IMG/VR virus record: IMGVR_UViG_3300043409_000928
Coordinates: 124,001-188,000 of that record
Reading direction: 5' to 3' (one strand)
Length of the DNA: 64,000 nucleotides
This document shows positions 27,794 to 38,611 of this stretch, in pieces (position 1 is the first letter of the stretch; each line of letters opens with the position of its first letter). Below the pieces are notes generated by a model. The model was not told the origin of the DNA. It was given only the letters and a program-made list of their open reading frames with translations, and did no database searches. The translations under genes and the position numbers were made by a program.

Positions 27794-28672
27794 ATGAGTA
27801 CCAAAGGCTTTATGATGTTTGCTTACAATAACGAACAATTGGATTACACCCAACTGGCGTTAGTAGCGGCATACGCTGTAAAAAAACACATGCCAGACTA
27901 TCCAGTTGTGCTAGTCACGAATCAAGCCAGTCTGGAACATTGTAAAAATACACATGGCCCTGCAATAATGAATGCCGCATGGGATGATATCATATTAACT
28001 GATCCAGGCTATGAAAAGAATATGCGACTGCACCACGATGGCGCATATTATAGCTTTAATGCACAGTTTACAAATACAAACAAGCATGACATTTATAATC
28101 TAAGTCCGTTTGACGAAACTATTTTAATTGACACAGACTACTTGTGCGGCAATGCCAACTTGTCAATGCTGTTTGACAGCCAATATGATGTTGCCATGTA
28201 TAGAGATGCTCGCAATCTTCGTTATGAAGAACCCTACACAACTGAACGATGGTTACACTATGCAGGTATTCGCATGTGGTGGAGTACTGTGGTATATTGG
28301 CGCAAGAGCGAAGAAGCCAAACACTTCTTTAATATTTGGGCCGAAGTTAAAAAGAACTGGGAATATTATCGCTTCTTGTATAAGTTTCCTGGTACATTAT
28401 ATCGCACAGACTATTCAGCCAGCATTGCCGCGCACATGTGTGATGGTTGGCAAGATGGTGGCTTCATTGGCCAAATTCCTAACTTCATGCGTTACCAAGA
28501 TCAGCGCGATGATATAGTTGAAGTAAAGGGTCCTAATAGTTGGGTAATGTTAAGCAATTTACCCGACGAATGGAAGAACATGGTAGTTGAAATAGCCGGG
28601 GAAGATGTACACTTGATGAATAAAAAAAGCATACTTCGCAACTATGATCAAATTATGGAACTGTTGGCATGA
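27794..28672 (+). CDS. GT-A fold nucleotide-diphospho-sugar transferase
   Basis: SPFDETILIDTDY DxD motif; N-terminal GFMMFAYN. Confidence 0.7.
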   Translation: MSTKGFMMFAYNNEQLDYTQLALVAAYAVKKHMPDYPVVLVTNQASLEHCKNTHGPAIMNAAWDDIILTDPGYEKNMRLHHDGAYYSFNAQFTNTNKHDIYNLSPFDETILIDTDYLCGNANLSMLFDSQYDVAMYRDARNLRYEEPYTTERWLHYAGIRMWWSTVVYWRKSEEAKHFFNIWAEVKKNWEYYRFLYKFPGTLYRTDYSASIAAHMCDGWQDGGFIGQIPNFMRYQDQRDDIVEVKGPNSWVMLSNLPDEWKNMVVEIAGEDVHLMNKKSILRNYDQIMELLA

Positions 28673-29373
28673 CAACCATACATGTATTGGTATACGAAGG
28701 CCAGGCCGACTTATATAAAGTGACCGAGCAAGACGCTAAACAAGTAGACACACTCAATCAGTACAATCAAATAAATTTATTTGGATCATATGTTGATCAA
28801 CTAAAAACGCTAGCGCAGGTAGAATATCAACCAGGAGATGTTATTTGTTTTGCAGGTGCCTGCATACGACAATTTACTCAGCACATTGGCAACATTGCTA
28901 GAAATTCTAAATTAAATTATATGCCTGGACATGGAGTGGATCATAGAGGGCAACCAATACCATTTGCCAGGATTAGTCGACGAATTCCAATTGATAAAAA
29001 TTTCTATGAAGTATGGCCGTCATTGATGGTCATTGGTTGTCCTGAATCTGCTCGGTTAAGTTTTGAGACTCTGGCACAAATTGACAGCAGTCTATGCTGG
29101 CCTCACTATGAGCCAGAAAATCCAACACTAGAACATTATCTTGCAGTATTGCCATATGCGTTTGATAGTTGGATTGCGCCACACTGGTTTAAAATTGTTG
29201 ATATGAGTGTACGAGATTTAGAAGTAGTTCCAGTCATGTATGCAACGCATCGTTGGCACGATTGGATTTCTTTTTATCCTGCCAATAAAAATTTCAAGTT
29301 AGAAAATCATACACAACTCTATCCAGTTTGGCTAGCAGGAAGTAGCAAGCCATTGGAGTATTGGAATGACTGA
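28669..29373 (+). CDS. Hypothetical protein (possibly degenerate glycosyltransferase)
   Basis: Translationally coupled ORF; no clear catalytic motif. Confidence 0.4.
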   Translation: MTTIHVLVYEGQADLYKVTEQDAKQVDTLNQYNQINLFGSYVDQLKTLAQVEYQPGDVICFAGACIRQFTQHIGNIARNSKLNYMPGHGVDHRGQPIPFARISRRIPIDKNFYEVWPSLMVIGCPESARLSFETLAQIDSSLCWPHYEPENPTLEHYLAVLPYAFDSWIAPHWFKIVDMSVRDLEVVPVMYATHRWHDWISFYPANKNFKLENHTQLYPVWLAGSSKPLEYWND

Positions 29374-30346
29374 TGAAATTCAGTTTGTATTACGGACTAG
29401 GAAAAAAACTCAAGCAGAAATCTGGTCCGTAGGGTTTGACTCTAATACTGGTAATATCTTAGAAATTGTACCGGGTAATGCCAGTAAAGAAAGGGCAACA
29501 ATACAAGTTTCGTACGCTTCTGTTAAAGCAATACTTGCTGGCACAAAAAATCAAAACGACTATCGCGTAGTTTTTAATGAATCAATCGGGGCATTAGATC
29601 TGGTAGATATAAAACTGCCTACAAAAATTAAAAGAAAACACATTAACACCGGTTGGCTAAGCAACGGGGAGTATCAAGGCGAGTTAGATAGTGATATAAG
29701 AACTATACTTTTCAACGACTCGGGGATGATACGAGTTGAAGCCACAAGACAGTGGTCTACACACATTAAAGAACGCATGGAAACAAATTCACTAGAAGAA
29801 ACAATTCCGTTTTTTATCACTGACATTGAAGATCCTCATCAGCTATTTGGTAAAGGCGACATACGCCTAATAGATATAGTTGAGCGTGGATTCTGGGAAA
29901 GCCGGCTATGGGCATTTATGGATCATGATGTAGTACAAAAAATATTATACCACGGACAAAAAGTTAGGATTAATTTGCCGCCAATTGCAAAATCATTATT
30001 CTTTACAAGGCTTGGAGAATATTCACAGTTTAGTGGAGTAGTCGATGATCAGACTGTAATGAGTCATATTGGCCCAGGCAAGCACATTTCTATATTTGTC
30101 AAGGATGGCATATTATGGGCACAAAGTCATTATCAGCCCGGATCACCAATTGACAATCTGACAGGAAATTTAAAATTAGCAGTATTAAAATCAAACGACA
30201 CCGAATCCTTTGTACAATGGACACAGTTACCAGCCCTACTGCTAAGACAACATGCACCATTTGAAATTTCAAGTAAATGGCCATACAAAGGACACCCATA
30301 CATGTTATATAAAGCAAACAACCTAGATATTGGAGTACTAAATTGA
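29366..30346 (+). CDS. Hypothetical protein
   Basis: 326-aa coupled ORF. Confidence 0.5.
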   Translation: MTDEIQFVLRTRKKTQAEIWSVGFDSNTGNILEIVPGNASKERATIQVSYASVKAILAGTKNQNDYRVVFNESIGALDLVDIKLPTKIKRKHINTGWLSNGEYQGELDSDIRTILFNDSGMIRVEATRQWSTHIKERMETNSLEETIPFFITDIEDPHQLFGKGDIRLIDIVERGFWESRLWAFMDHDVVQKILYHGQKVRINLPPIAKSLFFTRLGEYSQFSGVVDDQTVMSHIGPGKHISIFVKDGILWAQSHYQPGSPIDNLTGNLKLAVLKSNDTESFVQWTQLPALLLRQHAPFEISSKWPYKGHPYMLYKANNLDIGVLN

Positions 30347-31314
30347 AAACCCCTATTACAGAATTTGATGTAGTATTCATCAGCTATGATGAACCAAATG
30401 CTGATGAGAACTATGCAGACCTATTAGAAAAATGCCCTTGGGCCAAGCGCAGTCATGGTGTGTATGGTAGCGATGCTTGCCATAAGGCAGCGGCCAAGCT
30501 GGCAGAAACAGAACGCTTTATCACAATTGATGCAGATAACAAAGTGCGAGCAGACTTCTTTGAAATGGAACTGGATTTGACCAAGTTTGATCGCAGTGAT
30601 GTACTAAGCTGGTCAGGCAAGAACGTGGTCAATGGTTTAGTTTATGGCAATGGCGGTGTTAAGCTGTGGCCCAAGAAAGTTGTTGAACAGATGCGTACAC
30701 ACGAAGCAGTTGATTCAGGCGCTGGCGCTGTGGATTTTTGTTGGGATATACATTACCATCAGTTAAACAACATCTATTCAGATGTGTACAACAATGCAAC
30801 ACCATATCAAGCATATCGTGCAGGTTTTAGAGAAGGTGTTAAACTAGCATTACATGATGGTCGTCCAATGGACTGGCGTCAAATTGCAGATAGAAATAAT
30901 TTTAAAAATCATCGTAGACTACTGGTCTGGATGAGTGTTGGCGACGATATTGACAACGGTTTGTGGGCCATGTATGGTGCCCGCTTGGGTTGTTATCTAA
31001 CCAACTTGCGAAAAGATTGGGACTACAGGCTAGTAGCCGATTTTGAATGGCACAATGCATACTGGCAAGAAGATGTTATGCCGCAGTTTGCTGGTGACGA
31101 AATTGTATGTCCAAAGTCAAAATATGCTTGGAGTAAAACAAAATTAATGGCCGAAACAATTAAGTTGGGTAAAGCATTGCATCAAGACCTGCGCCTAGAC
31201 ATTGCCACGTTAGATGCCGCTGGCAGTAAATTCTTCAAGGCAAGTTATTTCAATCCTCATCGCCTTGGCCCAACTGTCAAGGAAAGCGATGTTGAACAAT
31301 TTATTGCGGAGTAA
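30343..31314 (+). CDS. GT-A/GT2-like glycosyltransferase, paralogue 1
   Basis: DVVFISYDEPNAD...HKAAA...ITIDADN; YGNGG; GFREG. Confidence 0.65.
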   Translation: MKTPITEFDVVFISYDEPNADENYADLLEKCPWAKRSHGVYGSDACHKAAAKLAETERFITIDADNKVRADFFEMELDLTKFDRSDVLSWSGKNVVNGLVYGNGGVKLWPKKVVEQMRTHEAVDSGAGAVDFCWDIHYHQLNNIYSDVYNNATPYQAYRAGFREGVKLALHDGRPMDWRQIADRNNFKNHRRLLVWMSVGDDIDNGLWAMYGARLGCYLTNLRKDWDYRLVADFEWHNAYWQEDVMPQFAGDEIVCPKSKYAWSKTKLMAETIKLGKALHQDLRLDIATLDAAGSKFFKASYFNPHRLGPTVKESDVEQFIAE

Positions 31315-31317
31315 AGT

Positions 31318-32190
31318 TTGTTAGACGTTTTCTTTATCAGTATTGGCGAACAAGAGGCAGAAGAAAACTTTGCACGACTGCAAGAATTTGTTCCAAATGC
31401 CAAGCGTATAACAAATGTCACAGGCATTTATAATGTGCATAAGGCATGTGCTGAATTAAGTGCCACAGAAAACTTTTGGGTAGTTGATGCTGATGCATGG
31501 ATTGTGGACGGATTCGACTTTGATTGGGAACCTGATATATCTGTAATACACTGGGGTGTACCTGAAACTGAATGTGTGGCTATTTGGCCAAGTGTCAATC
31601 CAGTTAATTATTTACAGTATGGATACGGTGCAGTAAAAGTGTTCCCACGCAAACCCTTTATTGAAAACAGGCCATGGCATATTGATATGACTTCGTCCAT
31701 TGCAAATATTATTATCAATAAAGGAATTGTCAGTTGCGAAACACGATTCAACGCAACTCCTGAAAGTGCCTGGATTGGGGCATTTAGAGAATGTGCAAAA
31801 CTTGCTTCACTTTCAATGATCAAGACTCGTGTCAACAAAGCAAAAGCCGCTGAAAAGGCCGAATTGGAAGAGGTAGTAAGGTACTCTGTTGAACAAGACT
31901 GGGATTACGACAAGAAACACAACTATCGCAGAAGCAGGGCCTTGCTGGTTAAAGACAGGTATAAAAGAGAAAAGGATATCTTCACCTATTGGGATGAAAT
32001 GGTCACGGGCGGCCAAAATAAACTAGTATGGTGTACCAAAGGATGGGATAATAAAAACGGCAAGTATGCAATACTTGGCGCACAGGCAGGATCTAAATTT
32101 GGACTGATCAACAGTGACAATTTAGAAGTGCTTGATTTGATCAATGATTGGAATTGGTTAAGAAAGGAATTTAAAAATGTCAATGTTTAA
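31318..32190 (+). CDS. GT-A/GT2-like glycosyltransferase, paralogue 2
   Basis: DVFFISIGE...HKACA...WVVDADA; YGYGAVK; AFRECAKL; TTG start. Confidence 0.65.
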   Translation: MLDVFFISIGEQEAEENFARLQEFVPNAKRITNVTGIYNVHKACAELSATENFWVVDADAWIVDGFDFDWEPDISVIHWGVPETECVAIWPSVNPVNYLQYGYGAVKVFPRKPFIENRPWHIDMTSSIANIIINKGIVSCETRFNATPESAWIGAFRECAKLASLSMIKTRVNKAKAAEKAELEEVVRYSVEQDWDYDKKHNYRRSRALLVKDRYKREKDIFTYWDEMVTGGQNKLVWCTKGWDNKNGKYAILGAQAGSKFGLINSDNLEVLDLINDWNWLRKEFKNVNV

Positions 32191-33157
32191 TATTAAAACG
32201 ACAACTGGTGATTCATCAATTGCTAATTCATCAATAGTCAATATTCCGGTAGTGTTTCTTAGCTTTGATGAGCCAAATGCCGACCTGCATTGGGAAAATT
32301 TACAGTCAATTGTACCACACAAGAAAATTGCCAGGGTACATGGGGTAGTGGGATTTGATACTGCACACAAAGCCGCCGCCGCAGAGTTTCCAACAAGCAA
32401 ATACATCATCACAGTTGACGCAGATAATATTGTTGATCCTAAATTTTTTAAATTGACTATTCCTGGAAAGGCAGATGGCCAAGTCAGTTACACCTGGGGC
32501 GGCAGACAATATACAAATGGCCTAATGTACGGAAACGGTGGTTTAAAAATGTGGAGCACAGAACATCTTGCCAACATGAAAAGCCATGAGCTGGCAGATG
32601 ACCAACGTGATGCTGTAGATTTTTGTTGGGACTTTGAACGCTACAAAGACTTACCAGGTTGCTATTCTAATGTATACACAAATGCCAGTGCTTACCAAGC
32701 ATTCCGTGTGGGCTTCCGCGAAGGTGTAAAGCTGTCAATGGAACAAGGTCGTGTGCTGGCATTTGACGAATGGATAACTACAATGCATGCCGCAAACTAC
32801 CAACGATTAATAACTTGGATGACAGTGGGTGCTGATGTTGAGCATGGCATGTGGAGTGTGTACGGAGCACGACTTGCAGTGAAATTTTTGCAATATGATG
32901 ATTTTGACTTTGTAAACATACGCGACTACGCATGGTTCAATGAGTTCTTCAAACAACATGGGACAGTTGATCCAGTTAAAGGTAGTAAAGTACTGGGCAA
33001 ACAAATTAGTGAGGGTCTGGGTTGGATACTACCTGATTTTGATAGTGAACAAAGTTCGTTTATTAAACAAATACAATTGCATCCAGCCAAAGCACTCACA
33101 CACGAAGATGTTGTATGGCGTACCAATTTAAGTTTATATGGATGGTTCCGTGGATAG
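32177..33157 (+). CDS. GT-A/GT2-like glycosyltransferase, paralogue 3
   Basis: VVFLSFDEPNAD...HKAAA...ITVDADN; YGNGG; GFREG. Confidence 0.65.
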   Translation: MSMFNIKTTTGDSSIANSSIVNIPVVFLSFDEPNADLHWENLQSIVPHKKIARVHGVVGFDTAHKAAAAEFPTSKYIITVDADNIVDPKFFKLTIPGKADGQVSYTWGGRQYTNGLMYGNGGLKMWSTEHLANMKSHELADDQRDAVDFCWDFERYKDLPGCYSNVYTNASAYQAFRVGFREGVKLSMEQGRVLAFDEWITTMHAANYQRLITWMTVGADVEHGMWSVYGARLAVKFLQYDDFDFVNIRDYAWFNEFFKQHGTVDPVKGSKVLGKQISEGLGWILPDFDSEQSSFIKQIQLHPAKALTHEDVVWRTNLSLYGWFRG

Positions 33158-34319
33158 AAATACAGAATTGAGAAATGCCCTGCTGTTCTTTACAGATGAA
33201 GCATTGGGGTTTCGTAAAAGCCTGCACCATTTACACAGATGGTTTGAGTCTGGAGAGCAACACGATCTAGAATTACTAATAGCCGAAGTGGGGATAGAAC
33301 ATCATATTAATTTTTGGCCACTGATACACTATGCAAACGGCCAGTCAGAATTAAACGATCAAGATGTAAAGACATTATTTTTAAAGAATTTACATGTGCC
33401 ATTGGAATGGAATCCAGACGGTTGTATACTTTCACCGTTTACTCCTTTTGCATTTTCAAGCCCATCATTACCTATCATTGACAGAGTTGACAATTTTTGG
33501 AAAATTAAACAGTGGATCGAAGATAATCCACACTTTGAAAACCCCATGACAATGGTAGCTCACTGCCTGCAAACGATACAAGAGTCCAGACAAGACTTTA
33601 CAAAATTAGTTGACATTCTTAACATGTTACTTGGTCCAACAATTGTTTCTTGTGTTAAAAATAACGACATTAACTTTTTAAGTGAGATGGTTGCAAACTA
33701 CTATTCCAATGCACCAGCATTTGTTAAAAATCTAGGAGCAGTTGTCAATGACACTCCGGATTTAAATTGGACAGATGCACTCAGCAGGAATCAAATACAA
33801 AGTAAAGTATGGCTCTTGGAAAAATTAAAAGAATCGGGCGTATTATCTAAATCTCGACCAGTAACAGAGAAACCTGCAACAACTATCATTGTTGGCGGAT
33901 GGGTGGGCATGTTACCCATGCTGGCGGCCATGCATAAGATACACTTAGGCGATGTTATCAATGTTGATTCTGATAAATCTGTGCATAGTGCTTCTATGAA
34001 CTTGAATATAGCACATAACAAATCTTATAAAAGTGTTGATAAGGATATCAAACAGTATCCATTTAACAAGCACAAGGAACTGTTGGTCATCGACACTATA
34101 GTTGAACATTTTGAAAATCACGGCGAATGGATTAAAACATTGCCCAAAGGAACCACCGTGGTGCTACAGGGCAATGATATGTTTAATCTACCTGATCATG
34201 TAAACTGCCATCGATCGTTAGAAGAGTTTTTATCCGACTGTGGCTTAAATACTATTCTATGGGCCGGCGAACTTAATTTATATAAGTGCAACAGGTTCAT
34301 GGCAATAGGAAAAGTTTAA
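33138..34319 (+). CDS. Class I SAM-dependent methyltransferase-like protein with unknown N-terminal domain
   Basis: DALSRNQIQSKVWL; IIVGGWVG motif I; VINVDSD; IDTIVEH. Confidence 0.6.
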   Translation: MDGSVDRNTELRNALLFFTDEALGFRKSLHHLHRWFESGEQHDLELLIAEVGIEHHINFWPLIHYANGQSELNDQDVKTLFLKNLHVPLEWNPDGCILSPFTPFAFSSPSLPIIDRVDNFWKIKQWIEDNPHFENPMTMVAHCLQTIQESRQDFTKLVDILNMLLGPTIVSCVKNNDINFLSEMVANYYSNAPAFVKNLGAVVNDTPDLNWTDALSRNQIQSKVWLLEKLKESGVLSKSRPVTEKPATTIIVGGWVGMLPMLAAMHKIHLGDVINVDSDKSVHSASMNLNIAHNKSYKSVDKDIKQYPFNKHKELLVIDTIVEHFENHGEWIKTLPKGTTVVLQGNDMFNLPDHVNCHRSLEEFLSDCGLNTILWAGELNLYKCNRFMAIGKV

Positions 34320-34837
34320 TGTCAGCTGACTCAAGGTTTAAAAAGTACAACTTTCAAATTGATTTAGAGCGTTTAAAAGAAGAAACTGAACGGCTTCTTT
34401 TTGATTCTTCTACGGGCAAATATCGTACACAAATGTCCCTGCAAACAAACGGAACAACTGATTGGGATTCTAGCACAGGTACAAGAGAAGGTGATGATGA
34501 AGCACAGTGGGATCAAATACATCCTGAATTGGCAGGCACCTGGTGGGATGATTTCTTAAAAGGATTTCCATTTAAACTGTATCGCGCTCGACTAATGACA
34601 ATGCATCCACGTACCTGTTATAGTATACATACTGATATGAATCCCAGGATACACATTGCCATCAAAACCCATCGGCAGGCCCGTTTTATCTTTACAGCAC
34701 CACCGTCAAACACACACCTTCCAGCCGACGGGAGTGTATGGTGGATCGATACCACAAAAGAACATTCAGCAATGAACGGTAGCATGGAAGATCGCATTCA
34801 TTTAGTTGCTTGCTTGGTAAACACAGCAGAAGAATAA
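34319..34837 (+). CDS. Asp/Asn beta-hydroxylase family 2OG-Fe(II) dioxygenase
   Basis: RARLM..HP...YSIHTD...RIHIAI...EHSAMN...RIHLV; start at TAATG overlap. Confidence 0.8.
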   Translation: MSADSRFKKYNFQIDLERLKEETERLLFDSSTGKYRTQMSLQTNGTTDWDSSTGTREGDDEAQWDQIHPELAGTWWDDFLKGFPFKLYRARLMTMHPRTCYSIHTDMNPRIHIAIKTHRQARFIFTAPPSNTHLPADGSVWWIDTTKEHSAMNGSMEDRIHLVACLVNTAEE

Positions 34838-34841
34838 TGTA

Positions 34842-34847
34842 TACATA
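34842..34847 (+). promoter_or_regulatory. Late promoter variant TACATA, 5 nt before ATG 34853
   Basis: One mismatch, same N5-ATG spacing. Confidence 0.35.
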
Positions 34848-34852
34848 TAGAC

Positions 34853-35470
34853 ATGCACCTGTCTGTAATAAGTACCCACTCTGACAACTTTACAAAACAC
34901 GAAGAAAAGTATGACCAATTTTTACAGTTGGTCGAAAGCAGTGACAGTCCAGCGGCAATCAATATGGGCCATGTGCCACCGGCTGGATTGGTATATCTTT
35001 TAAAAGGCAAGCATCGTTGGAATAAGGGCTCTGGCGAAGTTGCACTATTGCACAACGATACTACAAACAGTATAGTAGGTGTCAGTGCAGTAGAGCATAG
35101 CACCTTGTTACCCAAACTTGGATCAGGCGGCAATCGCTGTTGGCTATTGCCCGAGTACCGAAAACACAATGAAGTAACTAGATTTCTTTTAAAGAGGAAT
35201 CTAGAATGGTGTGTAGAACAAGATAAAAAAGGAATGTTGTTGAGTTTTAACAACTATAATAAACTATTATACGATGCAGTGGTTAAAATTAACAAAGGCA
35301 AGGCCGCGGCAATTGGAACTGTATGGAGCAATTGGTGGAAGGATTGTATTCCATTGCCAAGGCAAATTATGTTGTTCAATACCCCACAATGGGCAGTACT
35401 CAAACCACTGGACAATGAAGACGAAATGTTTAAGTTGGTTGAACAATTGGATAGTATCCATGGAATTTAA
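34853..35470 (+). CDS. GNAT-like acyltransferase
   Basis: IVGVSAV...RCWLLPEYRK resembles GNAT motif A. Confidence 0.4.
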   Translation: MHLSVISTHSDNFTKHEEKYDQFLQLVESSDSPAAINMGHVPPAGLVYLLKGKHRWNKGSGEVALLHNDTTNSIVGVSAVEHSTLLPKLGSGGNRCWLLPEYRKHNEVTRFLLKRNLEWCVEQDKKGMLLSFNNYNKLLYDAVVKINKGKAAAIGTVWSNWWKDCIPLPRQIMLFNTPQWAVLKPLDNEDEMFKLVEQLDSIHGI

Positions 35471-36418
35471 ATGATTATTAATACCGAAAACAATCACCTT
35501 CATTATTGGTTTAACAGTGACCGCTCTCAAATTTGGAGGCACAGTAACTTTGATACCACAGCAATGAGTGTTGGCGGATGTTTAAGACCAACAATGTCAT
35601 TGCGAGCAGAACTTATTAGAAATGCCCGTTCGATATATAGAAATTATCCCGACCTTACACTTTTTATGAGCGGCGGACTGGACAGCGAAATGGCACTACG
35701 CAGTTTTATGTCAGCTGGAATTATCCCAAAGCTTGCAACAATTAGATTTCCAAACGATAACAATATGTACGATATTGGCCCAATGATTCGAATGGTAGAA
35801 CAACTTAAATTAAAGATTACTGTTATCGACTTTGATCCAAACAAGTTTGTACAATCAGGCGAGTACAAGGATGTTGGATTGCGCTACCAGGCATACACAC
35901 TTTACCAACAGATGCTGTTGCGTGTAGCAGAAGACTATGCGGCTCCAATGATTACCATTGATGAGGTTGAGGTTGAAAAAAATCCATCTATTGACTTTGA
36001 TACTGGAAAAGTCACCAATGAGTGGATCTTTTTAAAAAAGGAAGATCAAGATGGTGTATGGCGGCGTTTCAATGACAAAACTGGGATTCCGGCCTTGAAC
36101 AATTTTTACACATATTCTCCGGAAACAATCCTGGCTTTCTTACAAAATCCCACCGTTGATGATTTAATAAATGATCGTATGCATGGAAAGCTTGGATGGA
36201 CATCTAGTAAAATGAAAATTTATTCTAGCCTGGGATATGAGTTTAGAAAACGACCAAAATGGCATGGAATAGAGAACTATATACACTTGTGGGACGCTGT
36301 CAGATACAGCATGTCAGATTCTGGACTTATTTTCAATTCCAGGGCGTACTCGGTGCCTGCAAACTTGCTCAAAGAGAATCTTATAAATGGAGTTGAAACA
36401 TTATGTCAGGTAGCTTAG
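35471..36418 (+). CDS. PP-loop adenine nucleotide alpha hydrolase (asparagine synthase-like ATPase domain)
   Basis: LFMSGGLDSE. Confidence 0.65.
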   Translation: MIINTENNHLHYWFNSDRSQIWRHSNFDTTAMSVGGCLRPTMSLRAELIRNARSIYRNYPDLTLFMSGGLDSEMALRSFMSAGIIPKLATIRFPNDNNMYDIGPMIRMVEQLKLKITVIDFDPNKFVQSGEYKDVGLRYQAYTLYQQMLLRVAEDYAAPMITIDEVEVEKNPSIDFDTGKVTNEWIFLKKEDQDGVWRRFNDKTGIPALNNFYTYSPETILAFLQNPTVDDLINDRMHGKLGWTSSKMKIYSSLGYEFRKRPKWHGIENYIHLWDAVRYSMSDSGLIFNSRAYSVPANLLKENLINGVETLCQVA

Positions 36419-37047
36419 TACCGTTAACTGTTGAGCACTTGCCAGCATTGCTGGAATTTGCCGCTCACATCTATGAAAATACTGAGCCAGACAAGTATCC
36501 AGATTTTCGTGTATCTGCCGATGTAGATGATGCAAGTAAGAATAGCAAGTTTTTTAGTGCATTTTTGCTACCTGGCGAGTTTAATAATTCCAATATACGG
36601 CAAGCCTATGCACTCATGGATTCCAACGGAGTTTATCAAGCGGCAGTTGGAGTAAAAAGATTTTCACATTTACCAAGTTGGTCAGTGGCCTGGTTGTTGA
36701 GTCCAAGACAAGGCATTTATTTTATTACAGCTTTTAGGCAAACAATGAAGTTGTTGTTTGAACTGCATGAAAATGCAGGCATGTATGAGTTTTATGTGAG
36801 TTATCCCAGCACCAGAGAAGCCGCATACAGTAAAATTATGCTGCCATTTAGAGAACGCTATTATAGTTTTGTTGAATGTACTATTCCAGCCAACACAAGG
36901 AGCCCTTACGGATTTATACACGAACTTATGGGTCATAGTCTGCACCCGCATGATATGAACTTAAGAAGATATATACTAAGGAGACCTAACACAGAAGCAC
37001 CTTCAGAAGGTGGTAAAGTTACTAGATTAGGTATTGAAAAAGAATGA
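36403..37047 (+). CDS. Hypothetical protein, possible GNAT fold
   Basis: Beta-strand pattern AYALMDSNGVYQAAVGV; weak. Confidence 0.3.
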   Translation: MSGSLVPLTVEHLPALLEFAAHIYENTEPDKYPDFRVSADVDDASKNSKFFSAFLLPGEFNNSNIRQAYALMDSNGVYQAAVGVKRFSHLPSWSVAWLLSPRQGIYFITAFRQTMKLLFELHENAGMYEFYVSYPSTREAAYSKIMLPFRERYYSFVECTIPANTRSPYGFIHELMGHSLHPHDMNLRRYILRRPNTEAPSEGGKVTRLGIEKE

Positions 37048-37949
37048 CATCAGAATTAAACAACTGGCTAACAACTCAGGTTAGCCTTTATAAGAAAACC
37101 AAACAAATTCCTTTTATTGTAGCAATATGGTTTCCTTATCATCTTGCGGCAATAATTGCAATCGTATATGCTGTAACAACTGCATGGTCGTGGTGGTTGC
37201 CTGTTACAGCCATATGTGGCTGGATACTACTGGATGGTGTTGGCAACAACCTAACACTACATCGTTGGTTGAGTCATAAGAGTTGGACTCCTAGAAGGTG
37301 GATGGAACCGTTCTTATTATGGGCCGCTACAATGGTTGGCGAAGGCAGTCCACTATGGTGGGCGGCACTACATCGAGGGCACCATCATCGTGTAAGTGAC
37401 CAGCCAGGTAAAGATATTCATACTCCAGTAGAAAACGGATGGTTACACAGTTATATGGGTTGGCAATTTGGCATTACACAAGATAGTGTGAAATTTAGAC
37501 ATGCAGTTGATTTGCTCAGAGATAAACGAATTACATTCATACATGAAAATTACAACAAGATTATCTATGCCACACTATTGTTAAGCTGGCTATTGTTTGG
37601 ATTAACATTCACCGTTTGGTTTTTTGTAATAGGTAGCTTGATGAGTTTGCATGCCGATGGACTGGTCAACACATTTGGACATGTTCCAGCCGCCGGCTAT
37701 CGAAACTTTGATAATAAAGATGCCAGTACCAATGTATGGTGGATTGGATACTTTCATTGGGGTTCAGGCTGGCACAACAACCATCATAAGAAAGCAAGTA
37801 GCTTTGACTTTGGCACCAGTGTCAGTGGTCGCCCTCACGAGTTTGATCCTTGCATGTTGTTAGTATTGCCGTTTGCTTCATTTAGCGAAATAAAAAGATT
37901 GTGGAGCATCAGAAAAGATGCTATAATTGATAGAAAGGAACTTACATGA
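37044..37949 (+). CDS. Delta-9 type membrane fatty acid desaturase
   Basis: His boxes HRWLSH, HRGHHH, HNNHH; GEGSPLWW; transmembrane stretches. Confidence 0.9.
   Translation: MTSELNNWLTTQVSLYKKTKQIPFIVAIWFPYHLAAIIAIVYAVTTAWSWWLPVTAICGWILLDGVGNNLTLHRWLSHKSWTPRRWMEPFLLWAATMVGEGSPLWWAALHRGHHHRVSDQPGKDIHTPVENGWLHSYMGWQFGITQDSVKFRHAVDLLRDKRITFIHENYNKIIYATLLLSWLLFGLTFTVWFFVIGSLMSLHADGLVNTFGHVPAAGYRNFDNKDASTNVWWIGYFHWGSGWHNNHHKKASSFDFGTSVSGRPHEFDPCMLLVLPFASFSEIKRLWSIRKDAIIDRKELT
37899..37927 (+). promoter_or_regulatory. Internal sigma70 promoter for thyX
   Basis: TTGTGG-17nt-TATAAT with TG extended -10, inside the desaturase 3' end. Confidence 0.5.
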
Positions 37950-38611
37950 ATGTACGACTACTCAGCTACTCAAACCCAACTGAAGAATTTGCAAATTTGG
38001 GCATCACGGATGCACAGGAACTCATTGCGTATTGCGCCCGTGTGTCCAATCCTGCCAACCAACTTAACACTGAGACATCAGAAAAGCTTATCCGATACCT
38101 TATCAAACACAGTCATTGGAGCCCACTCGAAATGGTCAGTGCCTGTATTGAAATCACAACTACTCGAGACATTGCCCGACAAATCTTGCGACACAGAAGT
38201 TTCAGCTTCCAAGAGTTCAGTCAGCGATATGCTGATCCTACTAAAGACCTGTCATTTGTACTTAGAGAAGCACGGTTACAAGATCCCAAAAATAGACAAA
38301 ACAGTATTGACGCTGTAGAGCACGAAACACAAATGGTTTGGCTTGATAAACAACAAACAGTCATTGACGCGGCCACTAATGCATATGATTGGGCCATTGC
38401 TAATGGCATTGCTAAAGAACAAGCAAGGGCGGTGCTACCAGAAGGTAATACAGTTAGTCGCTTATATATGAACGGCACATTGCGCTCATGGATTCACTTT
38501 ATTGAACTACGCTCTGCAAATGGCACACAGAAAGAGCATCAGGAAGTGGCACGGGCCTGTGCCCAAGTAATTGCTGAAATCTTTCCAATGGCAACTGACT
38601 TAGTCGTCTAA
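37946..38611 (+). CDS. thyX: FAD-dependent thymidylate synthase
   Basis: HWSPLE; RHRSFSFQEFSQRY ThyX motif. Confidence 0.95.
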   Translation: MNVRLLSYSNPTEEFANLGITDAQELIAYCARVSNPANQLNTETSEKLIRYLIKHSHWSPLEMVSACIEITTTRDIARQILRHRSFSFQEFSQRYADPTKDLSFVLREARLQDPKNRQNSIDAVEHETQMVWLDKQQTVIDAATNAYDWAIANGIAKEQARAVLPEGNTVSRLYMNGTLRSWIHFIELRSANGTQKEHQEVARACAQVIAEIFPMATDLVV

